From the NCBI GenBank assembly GCA_963707635.1, contig OY970173.1:1632001-1696000 (forward strand): a DNA stretch of 64,000 nt, given 5' to 3'. The notes beneath the pieces are model-generated. The model had not been told where the DNA came from and did no database searches. It worked only from the letters and a program-made list of their open reading frames with translations. How positions within the stretch are numbered: the stretch's first letter is position 1; each line of letters starts with the position of its first letter. Origin of the DNA: Candidatus Latescibacterota bacterium (lineage in GTDB: Bacteria; Krumholzibacteriota; Krumholzibacteriia; WVZY01; JAKEHA01). Made by a program: the position numbers and the translations under genes. Positions 8,298-17,319 of the stretch are shown in pieces.

Positions 8298-10613
8298 ATG
8301 AGTGAAACTATCTCTCCTGTCCATGCTGCCTCCCACACCTCGCGACGCATCACCGTCTGGTTGGTGGCGCTGCTCGCACTCTCCAGCGGGATCCTGAACC
8401 TGTATTCGGTGGTCCGGCCGATTTCTCCGGCCCGCGTCGCCGCCATCGAGAGTCTCTTCCCCGGGGGGTTTGTCCACCTGTCCCGCTTCGTCACCCTCCT
8501 GGCGGGGGTGGCGCTCATCGTGGTATCGGCGAACATTCTCAAGCGCAAGCGGCGCGCGTTTCACACCATGCTCATTCTGCTGACGGTGTCGGCTGTGTTC
8601 CATCTGGCGAAAGGGCTCGACTACCGGGAGGCGGTCATTTCATTCGTGAGTCTGCTCGTGCTGCTGCCGGCACGCCGCCATTTCACGGTTCGCAGCGGGA
8701 GGCCCGGGCTCAAGCGCACGATCGTCGGCGTCGCCTTTGTCGTGGTCGTGGTGGCGGTCTATGGAACGCTGGGGTTCTGGTTCTTCGACCGGCGGGAGTT
8801 CGGGATCGAGTTCACCATCGTCGATTCGGTGCGACGGACGTTCGAGTTTTTGCTCTTCTGGGGTTCCCCCGACATCGTGGCGCGAACGCGCCTGGCGCAC
8901 TGGTTCATCCAGTCGCTGTACGTGTTGAGCATCACCGTCATTCTGTACGCGATGGTGGAGCTGTTTCGCCCCGCGCTCTACCGTTTGCGGGTGCTGCCGC
9001 GCGACCGCAGCGCGGCCGCCGCGCTGCTGCAACGATACGGCCGCTGTGCGCTGGACTACTTCGCGACCTGGCCGGACAAGTCGCTGTTCCTGACCCGGGC
9101 GAGGGACTGCTTCGTGGCCTATCGCGTCGACCGCAGCTTCGCGGTAGCGCTCGGGGATCCGATTGGACCGGACGATCGGATCGAAGCGGCGATCCGCGAG
9201 TTCGCGGCGTTCTGCGCGGAGTCCGGCTGGGTGCCGGTGTTTCACCAGGCCCTGCCCGAGTTCTGGCCGGTGTATCAGTCACTCGGATTTCGCCGGCTCA
9301 AGCTCGGAGACGAGGCCGTCGTCGATCTGACCACGTTCACCCTGGAGGGCCGGGAGCGGAAGGATCTTCGCCACAGCGTCAACAAGCTCGAGCGGGACGG
9401 AATTCGCCTCCAGTACTTCGAACCACCGGTTCCGGACCACGTGGTCGCGGAGGCCAGGCAGGTGTCGAACGAGTGGCTCCAACGCGGCCGCCGCGAGCGG
9501 CGCTTCACGCTCGGCCGCTTCGAGCGCGGGTATGTCCGCTCGACCACGCTCCTCGCCGCGTTCGATCGCGACGCCCGCATGCTGGCATTCGTGAACATCG
9601 TTCCATCGCCGAGAAAAGGGGAGGCCACGATCGATCTCATGCGCCAGCGCGCCGCCGTACCCAACGGCATCATGGACCATCTGTTCGTTCGGCTGTTCCA
9701 GGACGAGCGCGAACAGGGGTTTACGCGCTTCAACCTGGGGCTGGCCCCCATGTCGGGGTTCGAGCCCGACGAGATGGCGGGTGTGGAGGAGAAGATCATC
9801 CACTACTTCTTCCAGCGCATGAACTTCCTGTTCAACTACCACGGCCTGAGACAGTACAAGGCCAAGTTCGCCACGTCCTGGGAACCGCGCTACATGATCT
9901 ACCAGAACCCGGCGGACCTGCCGCGGATCGCGCTGGCCATCCGGCGCGTCACCGAAATCGACGACAACGAGGAACTGGATCCGGACGCCTTCGATCCCGA
10001 GCACCTGCCCATCACCGAGGTCCCGTCCGCGGGACGGGGACTGAATGCGCTGGCCGTCATCCTGTCCGGAGACGGCGGGTGGAACGTGACCGAGAAGACG
10101 CTGGGGGCGCGCCTGGCCGCCGCCGGTGTCCCGGTCGCAGGGCTGAACTGCCTGCGGTACTTCCGCAAGCGGCGCACTCCCGATTCCTCCGCCCACGATC
10201 TCGAACGGCTGCTGGACCACTACCTCCAGGAGTGGGGCAAGCGGGAGGTGGTGCTGATCGGCTATTCCCGGGGTGCCTGTGTGCTCCCGTTCATGGTCAG
10301 CCGGATGCGAGCCGATCTGCGCGATCGCGTTCGGGGGATCGTGCTCCTCGGGCCGGCGGACAAGATAGACTTCAAGTTCCACCTGACCGATTTCCTCACT
10401 AATGTCGAGTGGCCTACCGCTCTGCCAGTGCTTCCGGAAGTCGAAAAGCTCCGGGGGATGCCGATCACGTGCTTCTATGGGAGTCGCGAGCAGGATTGCC
10501 TCTGCCGCGACGTGCCCGATGGGCTCGTGACCTGCGTCGAGCGACCGGGAGGTCACCTCGTGTGGAAGGACGTCGAGCCGATCGTCTCGGTGATCCTAAA
10601 TGCCGTAACGTAG
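8298..10613 (+). CDS. Aminoacyl-phosphatidylglycerol synthase (MprF/DUF2156) fused to VirJ/AcvB-type hydrolase
   Basis: TM helices, then DK.LF, ALGDPIG, KLGDEA, IDLMR, NGIMD.LF, FNLGLAP, GL..YK.KF...WEPRY. C-terminal VILSGDGGW, GYSRG and GGH. Confidence 0.85.
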   Translation: MSETISPVHAASHTSRRITVWLVALLALSSGILNLYSVVRPISPARVAAIESLFPGGFVHLSRFVTLLAGVALIVVSANILKRKRRAFHTMLILLTVSAVFHLAKGLDYREAVISFVSLLVLLPARRHFTVRSGRPGLKRTIVGVAFVVVVVAVYGTLGFWFFDRREFGIEFTIVDSVRRTFEFLLFWGSPDIVARTRLAHWFIQSLYVLSITVILYAMVELFRPALYRLRVLPRDRSAAAALLQRYGRCALDYFATWPDKSLFLTRARDCFVAYRVDRSFAVALGDPIGPDDRIEAAIREFAAFCAESGWVPVFHQALPEFWPVYQSLGFRRLKLGDEAVVDLTTFTLEGRERKDLRHSVNKLERDGIRLQYFEPPVPDHVVAEARQVSNEWLQRGRRERRFTLGRFERGYVRSTTLLAAFDRDARMLAFVNIVPSPRKGEATIDLMRQRAAVPNGIMDHLFVRLFQDEREQGFTRFNLGLAPMSGFEPDEMAGVEEKIIHYFFQRMNFLFNYHGLRQYKAKFATSWEPRYMIYQNPADLPRIALAIRRVTEIDDNEELDPDAFDPEHLPITEVPSAGRGLNALAVILSGDGGWNVTEKTLGARLAAAGVPVAGLNCLRYFRKRRTPDSSAHDLERLLDHYLQEWGKREVVLIGYSRGACVLPFMVSRMRADLRDRVRGIVLLGPADKIDFKFHLTDFLTNVEWPTALPVLPEVEKLRGMPITCFYGSREQDCLCRDVPDGLVTCVERPGGHLVWKDVEPIVSVILNAVT

Positions 10614-10799
10614 GGGGGCGCCGCCACTTCCGACTATCTGGACCGATCTCTCCCCACTGTAATCTCCGTTACATTTTGGAGCCTGGACGTCGGCTTATGT
10701 TAGGCTGACCTCCCCCGCCACAGGGCGTCGTACAGTCCAACTCCAGGGCGTTGGGTCGTACGACGCGGGTAGTTCCTCTCACGTTCGGAAAATACCGTC

Positions 10800-12437
10800 A
10801 TGCGGTTCCGCCTCCCTCGTGGTCTAGCGGAGACTCTTGTCGTGCTGGCTCTCTCGGCGTGCTCGCATTCGACCGAGCCGTCTGCGCCGGCCTTGAGCCT
10901 CGCCAGCGCCAACTGCGTCACCGACTTTTCCTGCACGTACGGCCAGGAGTGCATCGATGGTTCCTGTGCGCCCATCGAGCCGTCGATCTACCCGTACATC
11001 CAGACGGCGTGCGCGATGTGGCGTCTGCCGCTCGACGGCGCCGAGTCAGCATGGCTGGCAACTCACTACGATCTCATGATCGGCGCCGTGCGACCCGACG
11101 CAATGCGCCCGTTCAACTCCCACATGCGCTTCTTCGAGTACACGCTCACGCGGTACCATGCGTTCAACACCGGGCCGCTGCAGGCCAATCCCTGGGCCAT
11201 CGCCCACGGCTACGACCCCGAGGATTTCTACCTGCACTATCGTGAAGACGTCTACGTCCCCACCTGGGAAGGGAAGACCGTGGCGCCGGGGTTTCCGGCG
11301 GGCATGGTGCCGGGTTGGAACCCGGGCGGAGGCGGCAACCCCGCATCGGCCACACTGCGTTCCCAGTCTCGCGTCGTCTCCTGGTATCGCGGCGAACCCG
11401 TGCCGTGGTATCTGGCGAATGTCGCGCACCCCGGGTTTCGCCAGTTCCTGGCGGAGCGCACGAAGATGCTCATCAATGGCACGTTCTACTCCGGCAGGCC
11501 GTTTGTGGGCGGGCCCATCGACGGAATCGTCTGCGACGAGTCCATCTATTACGCGATCTACGGGGAAGGGCAGATCAACCGGTCGGCCGAGTACTTCGGG
11601 ATCCCCCTCACGGAAAACCACCCCTACGCGATCGCGGTCGAGGAACTGTATCCATACTTATCGCAGTCGCTGTTCAACGCGGTCGGAACCACGGTGGATG
11701 TCATGCCCAACTACGGGCACGTCCTCTTTCTCAATTACGCCAACCGGTCCGCTGTGAACGTCCAGGCCGCGACGCCGTGGATCTGGGGCGAGGTGTGGGT
11801 GACGTTCACCGGCTACCCGACGCCGACCAACGGAAGCAGCCGCTGCATCACCTACGAAAAGGACTATCTCAACGCCGTGCGCAAGATCGTGGAGCAAACG
11901 CGGGCGCGCGGGCGGCGTGTGCTCGGCGCGCGTGACATCGCGAACGGCACGGCGGGGACCGCTCGCGGCAAGATCTTTACGCTGGCGCTCTACTACCTGG
12001 TGCACAACCGGATGACGTACTACATGTACGAGACGGCGTCGGGGCACGCGCTCCCGGGACACGTCAGCACCTGGGCGTGGAACCCGGCGGTGGAATTCGA
12101 CGTCGGCCAGCCGATCTTCATCCCGGCGGGAGCGGTGGATTTCGAAGGAAAGGCTTCCACCACCGAGCACTGGGTGTTCGCCACCGGCCCCGATCCCTAC
12201 AAGCCCACCTCGACCTACCGCGTACTGGCGCGCCGTTTCACTCACGCGCTCGTGCTCGTGAAGATGCTCCCCGAGGGCTCGGTTGACGACAGCCGCAGCC
12301 TGACGGTTCACCCCCTGGGCGGAGTCTACCGGCCGCTGGGAGCGGACGGAACGGTCGGCGGGATGGTTACGGAAGCGCGTCTGCGCAACAACGAGGCGCT
12401 CATTCTGATCCCCGAGGCGGTCACCGGCATTCCGTAG
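10800..12437 (+). CDS. Lipoprotein, putative glycoside-hydrolase-like protein
   Basis: Lipobox LSAC and Cys-rich CVTDFSCTYGQECIDGSC. Features such as YLANV.HPGFRQF, DGIVCDE and RRF..ALVLV resemble GHL15-like proteins. Confidence 0.55.
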   Translation: MRFRLPRGLAETLVVLALSACSHSTEPSAPALSLASANCVTDFSCTYGQECIDGSCAPIEPSIYPYIQTACAMWRLPLDGAESAWLATHYDLMIGAVRPDAMRPFNSHMRFFEYTLTRYHAFNTGPLQANPWAIAHGYDPEDFYLHYREDVYVPTWEGKTVAPGFPAGMVPGWNPGGGGNPASATLRSQSRVVSWYRGEPVPWYLANVAHPGFRQFLAERTKMLINGTFYSGRPFVGGPIDGIVCDESIYYAIYGEGQINRSAEYFGIPLTENHPYAIAVEELYPYLSQSLFNAVGTTVDVMPNYGHVLFLNYANRSAVNVQAATPWIWGEVWVTFTGYPTPTNGSSRCITYEKDYLNAVRKIVEQTRARGRRVLGARDIANGTAGTARGKIFTLALYYLVHNRMTYYMYETASGHALPGHVSTWAWNPAVEFDVGQPIFIPAGAVDFEGKASTTEHWVFATGPDPYKPTSTYRVLARRFTHALVLVKMLPEGSVDDSRSLTVHPLGGVYRPLGADGTVGGMVTEARLRNNEALILIPEAVTGIP

Positions 12438-12535
12438 CCTCTTGCTCGCGGCCTCGCATCTAATCGCACGCCCCAAAACACGACGACCACCCTCGCGAAC
12501 GAGGATGGTCGTTGTGGAATAGCAATTACTACGAG

Positions 12536-13150
12536 CTACCGATACAGCGCCTTGATCTCTCCCCACGTGGTCTGGTCGGTTGCCGTCGGCGCCGGCAGGA
12601 GGAATCCACGAATCTCCCCGCCGGGAAATCCGACGCCGGCCGGACCCGTGTGGATATTGAGGTAGGCCTTTCCATCCGCAATGGCCTGGAAGAGGTCTGC
12701 CTCCGCCTGGGTGGTGTTCCCGCCGTGGGCGGTGACGTAGGCCGGGTTGTAGCTGCCGGCCAGCGTCATGTCCAAGGTGACGTCGTACGTCGCGGCCTGT
12801 ATGCCGAGAGGAAACCCGGCGAACGTCGGTGTCGTCGTGGCCACCCCGGCCGTTCCCGTTCCCGCGACCGCGGTCGCGGCATGGATGTGGGACGCGGTCG
12901 TGGTGCCGATCAGGCCGCTGAACGAGACGTGCAGCTCCAGCGTGTGCGCCGCTGCATCGATGTCCACCGTAGCGGTGCCCGTGGCCGGAGACGCGTTCGG
13001 CGGCGACTCAGCCGGCCCGCTCAGGGCTACCACGTAGTGAACCGGGACGGCGTTCGCCGTTGAGATCGCCCCGCCCCCGACTGCCAGAACCAGAACGGCA
13101 AGCGCAAAAAACGCGCGGGGAGCAAACTGTCGCGTTAAATACGTGTGCAT
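12536..13150 (-). CDS. CHRD-domain secreted protein with TWG tail
   Basis: LSGPAESPPNASPATG, SHIH, GKAYLNIHT..FPGGEIRG motifs; ends PTATDQTTWGEIKALYR. Confidence 0.88.
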   Translation of the reverse strand: MHTYLTRQFAPRAFFALAVLVLAVGGGAISTANAVPVHYVVALSGPAESPPNASPATGTATVDIDAAAHTLELHVSFSGLIGTTTASHIHAATAVAGTGTAGVATTTPTFAGFPLGIQAATYDVTLDMTLAGSYNPAYVTAHGGNTTQAEADLFQAIADGKAYLNIHTGPAGVGFPGGEIRGFLLPAPTATDQTTWGEIKALYR

Positions 13151-13440
13151 AAGGTGCCTCTTTCGGTTGGTGACACTGTGAATGCACCCTCGAACGGCTC
13201 GCCAGCTGCACAGTATATCACAAGCAATTGCTTGGGGGAAGGGTCGAATGGAGTGGACGACGAAGTAGCTTCCGGCCAATCACTTGGGTTGACTCCAAAT
13301 GTGGCCTGGCATACAGTGGCTCGGCTGGCTGAAAAGGTCTTACCTACTTTTCCCGTACAGACTCGACGTTTGAGACACGGATGTCCGGCGTAGTCCGTAA
13401 ATCTCCGTTTCGAATTTCCTCTATTGGAAAGGCATCTCGT

Positions 13441-14142
13441 ATGAATCGAAATGTGATATCGCGTTCACTCCGCATCTCGTCCCTGGTTGGACTCGTCCTC
13501 GCGCTCTCTGTCGCCTTCGTTCCGGCGTTCGCCGAGACGATCGTGCTCGACTCGGGCGCCGGGGTCGCGCTCCTTTCACCGGATCCCAACTGGAACTACC
13601 TCGCCGGCCCGCCCGTTACCCCACTTTCCGCGTCGCCGTTTACGGCTGCGGATTTCTTGGCGGCGTTGACGGGTCCGTCGGCAGTCGTGGTGCCGCCCTA
13701 CGGGGGTGCCTGGCTTCCGTCCTTGCAGTGCGATCCCCTGGCACAGTGGATCTCGGTCGATGCCCACTCCGGACCGGCGTCGACGTTGTTTGGGCGCAGG
13801 TTCGACGTGAAGACGTGCTGCATCGTCAGAGCCACGCTCACCTTCTGCTGGGCGGCCGACGACTACCTGGGTGACAACGCGGCCGGTGGGCCCAACCCTT
13901 CGGGCGTGTACCTGAACCAGGCCCCGCTGCCCATCGACGGCGGAAACTACGCGACCGAGTTCAGCGTTACCGTCGACGTGACGTCGTTGGTCCACTGCGG
14001 AGCGAACGAACTGCACGTGTACGACCGCGACGGCGCGGCGGTGGTCAGCGGCGCAATGTTCAGCGCGACACTCGAAATCACGGGCTGCCCGCTTTCGACC
14101 GAGAGCGCGACGTGGTCGAAGATCAAGGCGTTGTATCGTTAG
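13441..14142 (+). CDS. Secreted beta-sandwich protein with TWG-type tail
   Basis: Signal peptide ending AFA; AADD...VYLN, G.NEL.V motifs; ends PLSTESATWSKIKALYR. Confidence 0.8.
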   Translation: MNRNVISRSLRISSLVGLVLALSVAFVPAFAETIVLDSGAGVALLSPDPNWNYLAGPPVTPLSASPFTAADFLAALTGPSAVVVPPYGGAWLPSLQCDPLAQWISVDAHSGPASTLFGRRFDVKTCCIVRATLTFCWAADDYLGDNAAGGPNPSGVYLNQAPLPIDGGNYATEFSVTVDVTSLVHCGANELHVYDRDGAAVVSGAMFSATLEITGCPLSTESATWSKIKALYR

Positions 14143-14167
14143 TTTTTCCGCACCCTGCGGATACGAG

Positions 14168-14201
14168 AGGGGCCGCCTCGCACGAGGCGGCCCTTTTCTT
14201 T
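14168..14201 (+). terminator. Rho-independent terminator
   Basis: GGGCCGCCTCG-CA-CGAGGCGGCCC followed by TTTTCTTT. Confidence 0.85.
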
Positions 14202-14485
14202 CTCCACGCCCGGCGGCGAATACAATCTTCCCCGTCTTCTCTTAGGTTCGATGGTGACGGATACCGCCGCGGTGTGCTATCATGCCCGCACCATCCAAAT
14301 CCAACGCGCTCCCACCACGAAGCCATCGCATCACGCGTTCAACGGGAGTGTTTCCGAGTAGTCTGGTTCGTTTGGTCTGGACGGTGGCCGCAAGGGGAGG
14401 GTGTGGGGCTGGTTTTTGTGGTCACCTCGCGCCTGCGGTATTGTGTGAGTCCATTTCCTGTATCCGTTCTAAGGAGGATTCCATT

Positions 14486-15190
14486 ATGCGCAAACTGCTC
14501 GTTGTGTTCCTCATGTTCGTCGTGGTCCTGGTCCCGGTGCTGGCTTCGGCCGTCCCGGTGCCCGGCACCTACTATTCGGCCTTCCGCGGGGGTGCGGTGC
14601 TGAACGGCCGGGCGTCGGTTGCGCGCCAGGGCGTCAATTCGGGCGACCCCAAGATCTTCAACGGCCAGTCGTGGAACGGCGTGGCGCTGGGGACGCAGTG
14701 GGAGATCCAGTGCGGCGTGGAGGCGGTCTCCACACCGCCGGACTACTCGCTCTACAACCCGATCACCGGCACTGGCTTCATCACCTACCACCAGACGTTC
14801 ACGGGTGGGACGTTCACGCTCTACCCGGACTTCGCGGTGGGTTGGGGCTCCGGCACCGGCACATTGAACACGACTCAGGCCACGTCGCAGGTGTACCTGT
14901 TCAACTTCACGCCGGTATCGTCGAGCTTCACGGTGTTGACCTCGGGCACGTTCCCGGGCACCACCTGCCGGCTCGACTTCGCGTTCTCCAACGGTTTCGG
15001 TGTCGGGGAGACGCCTTACCTCTCCAAGCCGGCCGACTATCCGACGTTCCTGGCGGCCAACTGCTCGCCGGCGGATGCCGCGCATCAGTTCGGCGTATGG
15101 GCCGACGCGAACGACATCGTGGTCCAGATCAGCTGCCCGGTTCCGGCGGAAGCGTCGACCTGGGGCGCCATCAAGGCAATGTACCGGTAG
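14486..15190 (+). CDS. Secreted protein with TWG tail
   Basis: AAGGAGG RBS, signal peptide MRKLLVVFL...ASA, ends PVPAEASTWGAIKAMYR. Confidence 0.82.
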   Translation: MRKLLVVFLMFVVVLVPVLASAVPVPGTYYSAFRGGAVLNGRASVARQGVNSGDPKIFNGQSWNGVALGTQWEIQCGVEAVSTPPDYSLYNPITGTGFITYHQTFTGGTFTLYPDFAVGWGSGTGTLNTTQATSQVYLFNFTPVSSSFTVLTSGTFPGTTCRLDFAFSNGFGVGETPYLSKPADYPTFLAANCSPADAAHQFGVWADANDIVVQISCPVPAEASTWGAIKAMYR

Positions 15191-15218
15191 TTCGCGGGTA
15201 ACGTAGCGCAGAGTAGTG

Positions 15219-15253
15219 GCGGGGCGTCGGTCCGGTGGACCGGCGCCCCGTTT
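15219..15253. terminator. Hairpin between convergent genes (likely terminator)
   Basis: GCGGGGCGTCGGTCC-GGT-GGACCGGCGCCCCGT then TT. Confidence 0.6.
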
Positions 15254-15284
15254 CGTGATTGAAGCGCGACGGGTCAATCCCGCG

Positions 15285-17280
15285 TCACTTCAGCAGTACC
15301 ATCTTCCGGGTGCGCGTCTCGCCACCGCTCTCGAGCCGGTAGAAGTAAACACCGCTCGCCAGCCGGCGGCCGGCATCGTCGGTTCCGTCCCACTCGACGC
15401 GTTGCACGGAACCGGCCGGGAACTCGCGCCTCACCAGCGTGCGGATCAGGGTCCCATCCGGCGAGTATACCCGCAGTTGGGTAAGGCCACCGTCCCCGAC
15501 GCGGAAGGCGATCGACGTCCGCGGATTAAACGGGTTGGGGATGTTCTGCTCGAGCTCGAGCCGGGGCGGCGCGCCGTCGGAAACCCCGGTAACCAGGTTC
15601 CCGTTGTGAACCAGCGCGCATGGATCTCCTTCGTTGAATAGAATCTTACTGATGGTGAGCGTCGTGTTCGTGGCCGCCGTGCCCTGGAACAGCACCTTGA
15701 TCAGGGGCAGGGAGCCGGTGAGCGGAGTCGAACCGGCGTGCACGATCACGACTTTCCCGGGAATGTTGGTGTTGAACACAGGCGTCCCCCACGACGCCGA
15801 TGCGGTCCCGCTGGTCGAGACCCCCGTGACGAATACCTGAGCCGCGTTGAAGGTGAGGGTCAGCTCGTAGCCGTAAATTCCCATCCCGGTCACGCTGCGA
15901 TCGGGCTGGATCGGGACCGGCGTGGGAAACGTGGGGAAGACGCTCTGTGCCGGCGCATTGACGTACAGTTTGCAGATGCTGATGGTGTCGGTGGTGTCCG
16001 TGCGCCCCGCGGCGTCGGTCGCGTAGACTCGCGTGGTGCCGGCGGCGGTGGCCGTGATCCTCCCCGTCGCGTTGATCGTGGCGACGCCGGAGTTGGTCAC
16101 TCCCCACACCACCGGCGGCGTGGTCGTCCCCCCGATGGTGAATTGCAGCTGGTCCCCGACGACGATGGTCGAGGTGTTGGGGGAGACGTTGATGCTGGAC
16201 GGCACCGTGATGGAAACACTTCCGTTGACGTTGATCGACGGGTAGACCTCGTTGAAGACCGCGTTGACCGGCGCGATCCCCGTCGTCGTGCTCGAGCCGG
16301 TCGGGTCGATCAGGAACTTCAGGTACGTCAGGACCCCCGGCCCGCCGAGGCTGTTCGAACCGGCCAGCGCGACGCTCATGACCCCCGAGCCCACCGACGC
16401 GGCGGGAGTGGCCCAGCCGGCGGTGGCCGCGACGGTTCCGGTCTGGGATACGCCAAGCGCAGTCAGGTAACCCTCCGTGTACGTGACTTCGAACTCGGCC
16501 GACTTGATCGCGTACGGAACCGGGTCGGTGATGGTCACGGGGACGAGCACGATGTTGCCGGGGCCCCCGGACGCGGTGCCCACGGTGAGCCGCAAGGCCC
16601 GCACGTCGATTATCCCGTTGGTCACATCGCTGACCCCGTTGAAATCGGTCGCCGTCGCCGTCACCGAGCCGGGGGCGACGCCGGTGAGGGTCGAGGTTCC
16701 GCCGAAGCTGGCAATGGCATTGTTGGACGACTGGTACGTGTACGGCGCCGTCCCGCCCGACGTGGAGAAGTTGAGCGTTCCGCCCACCAAGATCTCGCCG
16801 CTGTTGGGCGAAACAGCGACGACCGGGAGGGCCGTGATCGTGAGCTGGCCGTTGAGAAGGGTGGTGGTCGGCGTGCCTTCGTTGAAGACGCCCTCGGTGA
16901 ACGTAAGCGTCACGATTCCAGAACCCGGCCCCAGGACGAACGTGAGGTTGATGAGGTTTCCGGCTCCCGCGAGCGCGGTCGAACCGGCCGCGGCGATCTC
17001 GACCCGTCCCGGGGTGGCGTTGACGGTGACAGGGCCCCAGGGATTCGTCATCGTGCCCGCGACCGGCGCGCCGGTGCAGGTCGCATACGCGCGAAGTCCA
17101 CGTCACCGCCAATTCGTAGGAATACACGCCCAGGCCGGTGAGGTCCGTGGTCGAAATGCCGACGGTGACCGTGTTGCCGACCGTCCCTGCGCCGTTGCCG
17201 ATATCGAGCGTGACCGCACCCGCCGGGTCGACCCCGGCCAGCGCAAGTGCTGCGCTCAAAGCAAGTATCGCGTTCCGCAT
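15285..17280 (-). CDS. Scaffoldin-like protein: 3 cohesin-like + 2 Big_2 Ig domains + FlgD/T9SS-like CTD (frameshift near 17091)
   Basis: Signal peptide MRNAILAL.... Three modules of type V.V.I..D....G.YSYE..VT[WYF]...L....F.....FNE, separated by VSPN....IVG..L.F Big_2 modules. Two ORFs join across an indel. Confidence 0.75.
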
Positions 17281-17319
17281 GATGGGCTCCTTTAGGTTCG
17301 ATCGGTCATCCAATCGCCG

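Noticed and set aside
13300..13325. Sigma-54 promoter (TGGCAT...GC)
   Set aside because: The GG-to-GC spacing does not fit the required GG-N10-GC.
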